The notes under the pieces: generated by a model
Database searches by the model: none
What the model was told of the DNA's origin: nothing
The model's input: the letters and a program-made list of their open reading frames with translations, nothing else
Source of the DNA: Scenedesmus sp. PABB004
Lineage: Eukaryota
Assembly: GCA_014905635.1 (NCBI GenBank)
Contig: CM026547.1
Span: 2,046,001-2,110,000 of the forward strand
Reading direction: 5' to 3'
Length of the DNA stretch: 64,000 nucleotides
Translations under genes and position numbers: made by a program
Shown here: positions 13,455 to 27,480 of the stretch, in pieces
Position numbering within the stretch: the first letter of the stretch is position 1
How the letters are laid out: every line of letters starts with the position of its first letter

Positions 13455-13880
13455 GGGGGGGGGGGGGCACGGAACGGCGAGGCGGCGCCCGGGCGCTGCT
13501 GGCGGCGCGCTCGGCAGCAGCAGCTCGCCGGGGCGCGGCGGCGGCGCGGCGGCGCGGCAGCAGCTCAGCGAGTCTCAGTGTCGCAGTGCGGCAGGCCGCA
13601 CGGAGCGAGCCAGACTTGAGCGCACGACAAACCCCGCTCGTTGAACAGCTTTTCCTTTCAGAACATGCCAGCCGCACGTCGTGCAGCGCCCAGCGCCAGC
13701 GCCACGCCGCATCATCGGCGCCCACGCACTCCCCGGCAGGCCAGCGGCGTCCTCGGGGGTCTGCAACCAGCTCGTTGTTGACGCCCATCACCACCGGCTC
13801 CCGCGTCGCCCGGGCGGGGCGCCGCACGCCCTCCCGTCCGGCGGAGTCAGCAGGCCGGTGCCTCCGCAGCGCTCGGCCGC

Positions 13881-16404
13881 ATGCCGGCCGAGGCGGAGGG
13901 CAGCGCGGCGCTCACGGCGCGCGGCGCCGCCGCCCGCGCCTGGCTCGCGGCGTTCAGCCCGCAGGACCGCCCCGAGGCGGCGCGCCTGGCGCTGCTGCAC
14001 GGCGTGCTGACGCTGGGGTCGGAGTTCCCGGGCCGCACGCCGGGGCTGGCCGAGCTGCGCGCCGCGGTCGAGCGCGGCGCGGCGGGCGCGGCGGCGTCGC
14101 GGCGCGTGCCGGAGTTGCAGCGCCAGATCCTGGGCCTGCAGAGCGCGCTGGACGGCGTGTTCGACCGCCTGGCGCTGGAGGTGGGCGGCCGGCCGGGCGC
14201 GGCAGGGGGCACGGCGCGGCGCAGAGCGCCGCGCGCCAGGGGCCTCATCAGCGAGCAGGCGCTCGCTGATCACCCGACCCCGCCCCCTGCCCGCGCCGCA
14301 GCCCGCGCCCGCCGGCGCGGCGGCGCGGCCCGCCACGAGCGGCGAGGACCCCACAGCGGCAGCGGCGGGCGGCGTGCAGCAGCCGCGCGGCCTGGGCGGG
14401 GGCGCGGTGCCGCGCCTGGCGGCGGCGGCGGTGTTGCGGCCCCGCGCGCGGCCCCGCCTCAACATCGTGGCGCCCAAGCCCTCCGGCGCGTGGCGTCAGG
14501 GCGAGCCCTCGGGCTTCCCGTCGCCGACGCGGCCGGAGCTCCCGCTGCGGCGGTCGCACGGTAGGGGGACCGCGCGTGCCGCTGCCGCACCGCTCCGCAG
14601 CGCCCCGCGCGCCGCCTTTGACCCTTGCTCGCGGCTCGCGCCGGCGCCGCCTCAGACAACCAGGGCGCCACCAACCCCATCTACCCGGACTGGTGGCTGG
14701 CCGACCCCGCGGAGAGCGCGCCGCCGCCGCCGCCGCCGGCCGAGCCGGCGCAGGCGCCGTGCCAGCAGCCGCGGCTGGCCTACTCGCTGCCACCGCCACA
14801 GGTGTGTGTGGGGTGGGGTGGGGGGGGGGGCATGAGCCAGCGGGACGGCCACGCGCGCTGCACACTGTGCGCTGCACACTGAGCTGCTGGCCGCCGCCCG
14901 CGTGGTGGGCCGCCACCAGGTGCAGGCCGACGGCGAGGCGCCGGCCCCGCAGCAGCGCGTGCTGCGCGGCGAGGGCCATGTCGCCGGCGCAGCGGCCCTC
15001 GGCAGCGCCGCGAGCAGCCCCATGCGGCAGCGGGCGGCCGGCGCGGCGGCGGCGCGCGCGGCGCCCGCGCGGCCGAGTGGCGGCCCGCTGCCGCGGCCGC
15101 GCGTCAAGCAGGCTCAGTCCAAGATCAAGCAGGCGGTCGAGGCGTCGCGGCGGCAGGCCGAGGGGCGGCAGCAGGAGCGGCAGCACATGCTCGCGTCCGT
15201 GGTGGCCGCCAGCAGCAGCGCGGCCGCTCGCGCGGCCGCCGCGCCACAGCGCGCCGCGGCAACCGAGGCGTCCTGCCCGTCCGCGGCGACGGCAGAGCAG
15301 TTCATGGCCAACCCGTGGACGAGCTGGTTCCTGCCGCCCGGTGCGCAGCCGGACGCGGCAGTGCCGGCAGCGGCCAGCGTCGCGGCGGCGGCCAGCGTTG
15401 CGGCGGCTGCGGCGGCTGACGAGGCGGCCGCTGCGGCTGCGTACGGCGAGGCCCTCGCCAGCGGCGACGCGGGCAGCGCTGAGGCCTCGCTCGCGGGCAG
15501 CGACGTGGCGCCGCCACCCTGCGCCGCGGCAGCGGGCGCGCCGGCGCGTGGCGCGCTGGCGGACATCACCGCCGGCCTCAACGCGCAGTGCGGCGCCGAC
15601 GGCGCGGCCGCTGCGCACGAGCCGGCGGCCAAGGCGCTGGGCGCCGGCAGCCTCAGCAGCGGCGCGCACGGCGGCGGCGGCGGCGGCAGCAGCATCTTTG
15701 CAGCGCCGCCCCCGCAGCACGTGGAGGCCGCGCTGCTGGCGGCCGCGCCGCCGCGGCAGCCCTGGTCGGCCGATTACGGCCACCTGGACGCGCCCGCGCT
15801 GGAGCAGGCTGTGCGCGCGAGCGCGGAGGCGCGCGCCGGGCAGCAGCGCCGCCACCAATCGCGGCGGCAGCAGTGGAGCGACAAGTGGGTGGGCAACTTT
15901 GGCCACCTGGAGGGTCCCAGGTTCAGCAGCGCCACGGCCTTCAGCCACCACGAACCGCGCGAGGACGGCGCCGGCAGCGCGCGGCCTTACCTGGTGTCCC
16001 CGGACGAGCTCGACGGCCTGCTGGCGGCGGCGGCCCGGCGGGCAGCACGCGGCGAGGGCATCGCCGCGGCGGGGGAGCAGCAGGCGGCAGCCGCGGCGCC
16101 GCCGCCGGACGGCGGCGTGGCGCTGGCGGCGCTGCTGGAGCAGTGGGAGTTGCGGCAGGCGGCGGCGGGCGGCGCGCCGGTGGGCGAGGCCGCGAGCGCT
16201 CAGCTGTCGGCCGAGGCAGAGGTGAGCAGCGGCGGTCAGAGCCCCGCCGCGGCCGTCGCGCTGGGCGTCGAGGAGTGCCTTGCGGGCCTCGCGGAGACGA
16301 GCAGGGCGCTGCAGGCGGCGCTGGAGCAGCACAGCGAGGTCATGACGCTGGTGGCGGGCCTGGAGGCCGCCGACGACGACGAGGCGGCCGGCGGGGACGC
16401 ATGA
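13881..16404 (+). CDS. Hypothetical protein (multi-exon, Ala-rich, possibly coiled-coil)
   Basis: Coding-like exons 13881-14180, ~14657-14801 and ~14919-16404 with GT/AG-like junctions; no recognised domain. Confidence 0.6.
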
Positions 16405-16554
16405 CCACGCGCGGCGCTGGCTGTGCTCTGGGCAGCGTGCTGGCTGGCTGCGTGCAGTAGCGGGCTGCGGGCTGACGCTGGCGGCAGCGTTGCTTTTGAT
16501 TGACTGACACAGACCTGGTGGTGGGCCGCAGGGAGGCGTAACACAAACGCCCGC

Positions 16555-17454
16555 TCACGCGAGCAGCCACGCGACCACCGCCGCCGCGCCCGCGCTGGTG
16601 AAGGCAGCAGAGAGCAGGTTGACGCCCTCGTTGCTCAGCACCGCCCGCCCGCTCACATGCTGCACGCCCGGGCCGGGTGCACTGGCGGCGCGCCCTGTTT
16701 TGCTGCAGAACCCCGACCACTGCAGCGTCGCCCCCAGCAGCGAGTCCACGCACGACCCCGCCAGGCCCGCGGCGACGCCCAGCAGCAGCCATGCCGTGCC
16801 CGGGAGCCGCTGCAGCGCCGCAGTCGCGAGGCCCGCCGGCAGCCGCGCGAGCGCGCGCGACACGGGCGGCGCCAGCGCGGCGCCCTCGCCGCTGAGCGCC
16901 GCCACGCAGCACAGCACGGCCGCCATCGCGGCGCCGCCGGCCGCCGCGGCGCCGAGGCCGAGGCGCGTCACGCCCCCGTGTGTCCCCGCCGGCACGCGTC
17001 GCGACGGGCGCGTGATGAGGCGGGGCGGCGCGGCGCTGAGCATGCCGACCTCGCTCGCCCAGGTGTCGGCGCAGGCGCAGGCATAGTGCGCCAGGAACGC
17101 CGCCCACGCCGCGGCTTCCAGGCGTTGCGAGCCGGCGGCGGAGGCGGCGGTCGCAGCCGCGGCCGCCGCCGCGCCGCCCGCGCCCGCGCAGAGCACCTGC
17201 TTGGCGCCGCGCCGGCCGCCGGCTCGGCAGCTTTCGTCCAGCGCCGCCTTGAGCTCCTGGCGCCGCCGCGTCAGCCGCGACGACGACAGGTAGAAGGCGA
17301 TGAGCGTCGCGCCAAAGGCCCAACCCGCAGACAGGTGCACGACGCCAAGCGTGAACGCCGCGACCGCGCCGCGCGCCGACAGCGAGCCGCGCCGCGCGCC
17401 GCGCGCCGCCAGCAGCGCCGCCAGCGCCACGGCGACGGCCGCGCGGACCAGCAT
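16555..17454 (-). CDS. DUF92 / TMEM19-family membrane protein (single exon)
   Basis: LIAFYLSSSRLT, GGRRGAKQV, ACADTWASEVG, VPAGTHGGVT, GSCVDSLLGATLQ and LSNEGVNLLS. Confidence 0.92.
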   Translation of the reverse strand: MLVRAAVAVALAALLAARGARRGSLSARGAVAAFTLGVVHLSAGWAFGATLIAFYLSSSRLTRRRQELKAALDESCRAGGRRGAKQVLCAGAGGAAAAAAATAASAAGSQRLEAAAWAAFLAHYACACADTWASEVGMLSAAPPRLITRPSRRVPAGTHGGVTRLGLGAAAAGGAAMAAVLCCVAALSGEGAALAPPVSRALARLPAGLATAALQRLPGTAWLLLGVAAGLAGSCVDSLLGATLQWSGFCSKTGRAASAPGPGVQHVSGRAVLSNEGVNLLSAAFTSAGAAAVVAWLLA

Positions 17455-17721
17455 GCTGGCAGGGCTGGCGGTGTGGCGCTGCGCAGGTGCCCGCGTGTGC
17501 TGAACGTGCGGCCGTCAGCGACGGCCCCGCCGCTCAAACCCTGTTCTCACGACCTCCCTCTCGATCTCGCACGGTGTCGCCCGGTCTCGGTGTCGCCCGT
17601 GTTTCCGCTGGCACAGGCACGGCCGCTCACGGCGCGCCGTCTTCGCAGCGGCGACTGCCCGTCGCAGCGCAGCTGCTGCTGCCGCCGCCGCCGCGCCCCG
17701 GCCCCGCCCTGGCCCCACGCC

Positions 17722-20700
17722 ATGCTGCTGGGAGGTCTGTCGTCGCGGGCGGCGGCGCCATCGCTGCGGCAGCAGGCGCCGCGGCACGCAGCGGCGGCCG
17801 CTGCCGGCGGCAGCGGCGCCCGGCGCCCGCGCCGCGGCGGCCCCGGCCGCCGCCCCGAGCCCGATGCGCAGCCCGCTCCGGTGACGTCGGACGGTGAGGC
17901 CGCGCGGCGCGCTCGCGCGCGCGCCCCGCGCGGCGCTGGCGCCGCCGCTGCTCACGGCGCGTGCGGCCTGCACAGAGGCGCTCATCCGGGAGCTCAACAG
18001 CGCCCACCTCTGGCTGCCGGGCGAGGAGGACGACTTTGGCCTGGACGACGTCGCGGGTGCGCCGCGCCCCCGCCCGCGTCGCCCGCCCGCGCCGGGGGTG
18101 CCAGCAAGCGCCCCCGTGACGCCCGCCCCCCTGCGTGCGCCCGCCGCGCGGCCGCAGCGCACGTGGCGAGCCGCAACCAGGCGCAGACGCTGGGTGGGGG
18201 CGGCGACCCCGTGCAGGCCGCGGGCAGGGGCGGCCCTGCGAAGCGCCGCGCCGCGCGCGGCGCGCCGCCGCCCGCGACGCTGGCGGGTATCGACCCCGCG
18301 AGCGGGCAGCTGCCCGCGTGGGTCGCCGACCTGCAGGCGGCGGGCTTTGAGGTGCGCAGCCGCAGCGGGGAGCTCTTCTTGCAGCGCGGCGGCGGCGACG
18401 ACGCGGGCGAGGAGGAGCCCGGCGACGCCGACGGCTTTGGCAGCGAGCGCGCGCGGCCGGCGGCGCCGCCGCCGGCGCCGGCCGAGGCTGCTGCGGCGGA
18501 GGCGGCGCAGCGCGCGGCGGCGGCTGCGGCGGCAGCGGCGGCTGCTGTGCCTGACAAGAGCCTGGCGGTGCGGGGTGAGTTTGATCCCCTCGTCTGGCAG
18601 CAACAGCCTGCGGGCGGCGGCCAGCACACGCCATTGGCGCCGCAGCGGGCGGCCGACGCGTGGTACGGGGCGCCGGAGGCGCCGCCGCAGCAGCAGGAGC
18701 GGCAGCAGCGGCAGGAGCAGCAGCAGGAGCGGGAGCCGCTGCCCCCGCCCAGCGCGCCGCGCCGCCCGAGCGGCAGCGCCGGCGCGGCCGACGTGCGGCG
18801 GGTGCTGCTGGGGTTCAAGCACCCCGACGCGCTGCTGGCGCACCTGGAGGCGACCTTCCCCGTCTGGGCCGCAAACGGCTGCTGGCTGCTGGACCAGCAG
18901 GCGGCGGGCGTGGTGGCGGCGCCCACGCCGGCGGAGGCGGGGGTCGCCCTGAAGGGCGTGGCGCTGGCGGCGAAGCGCGCGGGCCTCAACCCGTTGCAGA
19001 TGCAGAGCCTGGTGCGTGCGGGCGCGGCGCGCGTGCGCGCGCGCGCGGGCCGGCAATGCTGCGGCGGCGGTCACCCTGCTCACCCAACGCGCACCCCGCG
19101 CGCACCCCGCCCCGCAGGCACGCGACCGGCGGGTGCTGGGCCTCGCCGAGGCGATGCGCCTCGCCTCGCCGCGCCTGCCGCCGCACCAGGCGCCCGCCAT
19201 CACGCAGCGCCTGTGGGGCGTCGCCAAGGCCTACTGGCGGTCTGCGGGCGCGACGGCCGCGGCGGCGCAGCAGCTGCTGCTCGCGGCGGTCAGGGCGCAG
19301 CGGCCCGCGCAGGAGCTGAGCGGCACCGCGGCGGGGCAGGTGCCGGCGCTGGGCCCGCTGCTGGCGCAGCTGCAGGCGGCCGGCGTAGGGCTGTCGCGGG
19401 AGCAGCTCGGCGCGGCGGCAAGCCTGGTGCGCGCGCGCGCCGACGACCAGGTGCGCAAGGCGGCGTTTGTTGGCGGCGTGTGGGGCCTGTCGGTGCTGGG
19501 CGGGCCGCTCTTCTTTGCTGACGAGGTCGAGGCGCTCACCCAGGTGCGGCGCCCGCCCGCGCGCCTGCCGGCGGGACGGGGGCGCCCCGGCCCGGCCGCG
19601 CCCCCGCGCCTGGCTGACCCCGGCCGGCGGCGCGCAGGTCGCCGCGCTCGGCCGCTGGGCGCTGGCGCCGCACGAGGTTTCAGACGTGCTGTGGGCGCTC
19701 GCGAACGCGCGGCACTGGAGCCCGCGCCTGGGCGAGCTGGAGGCGGCGCTGCTGGCCGCGGGCGGGCCGCGCGCCTGCACCGCGCCGGAGCTGGTGACCG
19801 CGCTGTGGGCGTTTGCCACGCTCGGCCACACGCCCGCCAGGCTGCTCGCGGAGCTGGATGCGCGGGGCTGGTGCGTCAAGCCCGCCAGCGCGCTGCCCGC
19901 GGCGCAGCGCGGGCGGCAGCCGCCGCCGCCGCAGCAGCAGCAGCGGCGGCAGCAGCAGCAGCAGGCTGGCGCGCGGGGGCGGCGGCAAGCCGCAGCAGGC
20001 GGCGGGGCGGCTGCACGAGCTCTCGCCGTCGCAGCTCACGTCGCTGGTGTGGTCGCTGGCGTGCATGCAGCGCGTGGACGGCGCGCTGTTCAGGGCAGCG
20101 TGGCAAGAGGTGTGCGTGCGGGGGCCGCGCCTCGGCGCGGAGCCCACGGGCCTGGTGCGCGTGGCGCAGGCGGCGCTGGCGGTGGAGCTCGAGGGCAGCT
20201 ACGCCCCTGACGCGCTCTACTGCGACGACGGTGCGGCGCGCGGGGAGGGCAAGGAAGAAGGGGGGGGGGGGCGCTGACGGCGGGACGGGGCCGCGCGGGC
20301 GGCTCACGCGCGCGCGCCGCCACCCCGCCGCGCGCGCAGGCACGCGCCAGCTGCTGGGCGACGCGGCGGCGGCGTTCAAGCGCACGAGCGGCGCGCTCGC
20401 GGCGGCGCGCGCGCACAGCAGCTACCAGCGCAGCATCGCGGCCAGCCTGGGGCGGCTGCGCGTGATGCACGTGCTGGAGGACGTGCGCGGGGCTACGCGG
20501 TGGACGTCACGCTGCCGGGGCTGCGCGTCGCGATCGAGGCGGACGGGCCGAGCCACTGGGCGCGCAACGCGCCGCGGCAGCGCCTCGGCGCGACCGCGAT
20601 GAAGCGCCGCCACCTGCAGGCGCTCGGCTGGGCGGTCGTGAACGTGCCCTACACCGTCTGGGACGGCCTGGCAGGCGAGGAGGCGCGCGCGGCATACCTC

Positions 20701-20748
20701 AAGCGCCAGGTCGCCGCCGCGCGCGCGGCGCTTGCGGCGGCCGCGTGA
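17722..20748 (+). CDS. RAP-domain helical-repeat (OPR/FASTK-like) organellar RNA-binding protein
   Basis: Repeats such as PHEVSDVLWALA, PELVTALWAFATLG and PSQLTSLVWSLA. C-terminal RAP domain RVAIEADGPSHW...TAMKRRHLQALGWAVVNVPY. Transit-peptide-like N-terminus. Confidence 0.85.
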
Positions 20749-20874
20749 GCGGGCGGCGCCAGGGCGGGCGGAGAGAGACTGCAGGGCAACAGAGCGTTCC
20801 TTTGCACCCGCGGACAAAATTCCCCGCCCGCCCGATTTTGGTCACAGCTGGTCCCCCGGTCGTCCCCCCAGCGT

Positions 20875-23800
20875 TCACAGCGACAGCGCGAGCTCGATGA
20901 GCCGCTCCGCCGTGAGCTCGGGCAGGGTGTGCCCCGCCGAGCCCAGCGCGTCCAGCCGCGCCGCGGCCGGCAGCGACCCGCCATCCGCAGCGGCCGCCGC
21001 GACGTCATACCCGTCGTCGTCGCCCTTGCCCTCGGCCTCTCCTGGCGCGTCAGCGGGGCTGCCGCCGGCGGGCGGCGCGGCGGCGCTGCTGCCTGGCGAG
21101 CCGGCCGCGCCTTCGGCCGCGCCGTCGCTGCCGCCGCCGCCGCCTTTAGCCGGCGGCGCCGCCGCGGCCTCGCCCGCAGCGGCGCCATCACCGCTGCCGT
21201 CGCCGTCGCCGCTGCTGTCCACGCGCGCGCGCTTGGGCGCCGCCGCCGCGTCGGCCGGCGCCGCGACGCCGTTGGCCCGCCCCGGCTGCTGCTCGCGCTG
21301 CTCCCCGCCCGCGGGCGAGCCGCCGCCGCTCGGCGCTGCCGCGGCGCCCGGCGGCGCGAGCGTGACGCGCACAAAGGCCCAGCCCATGGCCTCCGCGGCG
21401 GCCTCGTCCTCGGGGCCGTCGCCGACGGCCACGTAGCGCGCGCGCGGGCCAAACTTGGAGGCGATGGCCCCAAACGCGGCGAGCTTGGGCGCGTGCGCCG
21501 CGGCGTAGACGTCGTCCGCCTCAAACGCGCCGTCCAGGCGGAACAGCAGCAGCTTGGCCAGCAGCGGCGCGAGCTGGCTCGTCCCCACGAGCGCGTGCGT
21601 GACGACCAGCGACCCGCCCGGCTCGCTGAGCCGGCGCAGCAGCTCGCGGCCCGCCGTGAGCCAGCCGCCGCACGCCGCGTCGAGCTCCTCCCAGAGCAGC
21701 CCCAGCGCGCGCCGCTCCTCGCGCGGCAGCGGCAGCGCGCCCGAGCCGGTGTCGTAGAGGGCCTGAACCTCGCGCGCCAGCGCCGCGAGCGCGTCCGGCC
21801 GCGGGCCCACCACGGTGGGGCGCACCACGAGCACCGGCTCCGCCTCGCCCGCCGGCGCCGCGCCCGACGCCGCGGCGTCGGGCGCGGGCGGGGCCGGCGC
21901 GGGCGTGCCGCTCGGCGAGCCGCTGCCACCGCCGGCCGCGGGCGCGGCCCCGCGCCCGCCGTCGGCGTCGGCCTCAGCGTCGGCGTCGCCGTCGGCGTCC
22001 GCGCCCGCGCCGGCGTCCGCGCCCGCACTGGCGTCCGCCGGCGCCGCCTCGCCGCTGCCCGACCGCGGCTCGTCCCCGGCCGCGTCCACGTCCATCGCCT
22101 CCGCCGCCGCCCCGGGGCTGCCGGGCGGCTGCGGCTCGCCGGCAGCGCGCTGCGCGCGCTTGACGCGCTCAGCGTGGCGCGCGGCCAGGCGCCACGCGTC
22201 GCCGAGGCAGAGCAGGTCGACGTCCTCCAGCTGCCTGAAGTGCAGGCGCTCGTCCGCGAGCTTCAGCACCAGCGCCTGCATGCGCCGCGCGAGCGCCGCC
22301 GCGGCGGGGCCGTCGACGGCGCCGCCCGACGCGGCCGCGTAGCGCCCCGTGACGAGGCTGTGCAGCAGGACGAGCGTCTCGTCCAGGTCCCACACAAACA
22401 CGGCGTGCTGTGCGCGCCGGCGCGGGCGAGGGGGGTGAGCGCGGCGCAGGCAGGGCGCGCGGCGGGCACGGCAGCGCCCAGCGCGCGCAGCCGGCGCGGG
22501 TCCGCACGTTGTTCTTGGCGGGCGCGGCCTTGACCACCGGCGGCGGCGCCGCGGCGGCGGCTGCGGCTGCCGCGCGGCGCAGCTGCGTGCCCAGCCCCAC
22601 GGGGGGCAGGCCCAGCATCTGGCGCCGCGACATGGGCGGCGCCTCGATGGCCGCGCGGGCCGCCGCGTCGACGGCGCCCGCCCCGCGGCCGGGCGCCTGG
22701 TCATCATCGTCGTCGTCGTCGTCATCGTCCTCGTCGTCGTCGTCGTCGCTGCTCTGCACGGGCTCGGGGTCGCGCAGGCGCGCGGGGCGCACCCTGGGGC
22801 GCGACTGCAGGGCCCCGCTGCCCGCCGCCTGCTGCCCGTCCGCGCGCTGCGGCTGCTTGGCCTGCCGCAGCGCCAGCGCCTGCTGGGCGGCGCGCGGCGG
22901 CTGCAGGGCGGCGGCGGCGGCCGCCGCCGCGGCCCTGCCGCTGCCGCCGCCGGGGCTGTTGGGCACGGCGAGGTGCTGCGCCGGCACCTGCGCGCCAGGG
23001 TGCAGCACCTGGTTGCTGTCGGCGGCGCTCATCGACCCGGAGCCGGGCGCCGCCCTGCCCAGCAGCTGCCCCGACCACGTGCGCCCCGGCTCGCCGAGCA
23101 GGCCGGCGCCGCCGCGCGCCGGCGGCGCCAGCCACGGCTGCTGCTGCTGCTGCAGCATCCCCGCGTGCGGCGGCCGCAGCGCCTGCTGCTGCTGCTGCTG
23201 CTGCTGCTGCGCCAGCAGGAACTGCAGCTGCTGCTCCTGCTGCTGCAGCACCGCAAGCTCCTGCATCTGCAGCTGCTGCTGCGCCTCCATCTGGAGCTGC
23301 CGCGACGCGTGCTGCTGGCGCTGGCGCTGCAGCAGCTGCAGCAGCTGCACCTGCTCGTCCTGCTCCGCCTGCTCCGCCTGCTCCGCCTGATCGGCCTGCT
23401 CCGCCTGCTGCGTGACGCTCATCACCAGCTGCTGCAGCAGCGCCTGCTGCGCCGCGTCGAGCTGCGGCTCGGGCGCCGGCGCCGCCGCTGGCGGCGCCGC
23501 CGGAGTGGGGCCGAGCCGGTTCTGCAGCAGCTCCGCAAACTGCGGCGGCCGGGCCGCCCGGGACGGTGCGGCGCGCGGCAGCGGCAGTGAGCGCCCGCGC
23601 GGCCCGTGGCGGCGCTTGCGCGGCGGCGTGCGGCGCCGAGGCGGCCGCCACGCGACCGCGGCGGCGCACCTCGGGCAGGGCGGCCACGATCTGGTTGGCG
23701 ATGTCGTCCAGCGAGTCGGGGCCCCCGCTGCTGCCGCCCGGCCCCGCCTGCCCGCCCCCCGCGGCGGCGGCCAGCATAGCCCAGGCGTCGCCACGGCCGG

Positions 23801-23924
23801 CAGACGCGCCGCCGCCAGCGCCGGCGGGCGGCTTGCGGGCGGGCGGGGGCGGCATGGCCTGCGACCCGTTGCGGTCGGCCTCCTCGCTCGCCAGCGACGC
23901 CATGAGCGCTGCGATGGCGTCCAT
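20875..23924 (-). CDS. EYA: Eyes absent (EYA) HAD-family protein phosphatase with long Q-rich N-terminus
   Basis: HAD motif I VFVWDLDETLVLLHSLVTGRYA; LAKLLLFRL; VAVGDGPEDEAAAEAMGWAFVRV. The upstream exon joins in frame via intron 22408-22507. Confidence 0.88.
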
Positions 23925-24228
23925 GACGGGACCCTCAGCACGTCCGCGAGGCACGGCGGGGGCCTGCGTGTCTTGTTGAGCGCGGCGGGGGCCGCGACGC
24001 CGCCGCTGCCGCTTTGTGTGTGCGGGCGCGCGCACGCCGATCGGCGCCTGGGCTTCGCCCGCCGCGCTGTCGGTGGAACGATCTGGGGAGCGCCCAGCGG
24101 CCCCGGGAGCGTTGGCGTTGCGGCGCCGAGGAACGACAAACGACGGGACGCACGACACGACGGCGGTGCGTGCTTGTGCTGCAGCGCTCCTCCCTCCCGC
24201 CACTCCCACTTCAAAGTCTGTCACGATC

Positions 24229-26803
<2,575 letters not shown>

Positions 26804-26903
26804 GGCGGCGGCGTGCAACTCAGCAGTGTCACAACTCGCGCGCTCCGAGCCCAGCAGCGCCTGCTCCGTGCGGGCCCGTGCGCGCGGCGGAGCGCTGCCC
26901 GCG

Positions 26904-27404
26904 CTACGGCACAACGCTGGCGCGGCCGCCCGCCGCGCTGCCCCGCGCGGCGAGCATGTCCACGATGCTCCGCTGCTTGCCGCCGCCCGTGTCCTGCCGC
27001 TTGCCGCCGCGCCCGGCGCCGCCGCCGCCCGCGCGCTTCTTGCTGCCGCCCGCTGCGGCGGCGGGCGCGCGCGGCCCGCCTGCGCTGGCGCGCATGCCCT
27101 GGACCTCGATGTCTCGCAGGATGCGGGCCTGCTCAGCGACGTCGACGCCCGCGAGCGCAGCCGCGTCGGCGGCCGCGTCGGGGCCGCCGTCGGCTGCTGC
27201 CGAGGACGGCCGCGGCTGCCCCTGCTGCTCCTGCTCCTGCTGCTCTCGCTGCACCTGCTCCTGCTGGTCCAACTGCTGGCTCGCAGGCGGCTGGCCGAGC
27301 TCAGCCGCCACCACAGGGTGCGCGGAGGGCTGGCCACGGCCGCTGGGAGCTCCCAGCTGCTGCCCCTCGTGCTGCGGGCTCGCGGGCTGCGCTTGCAGCC
27401 CGTC

Positions 27405-27480
<76 letters not shown>

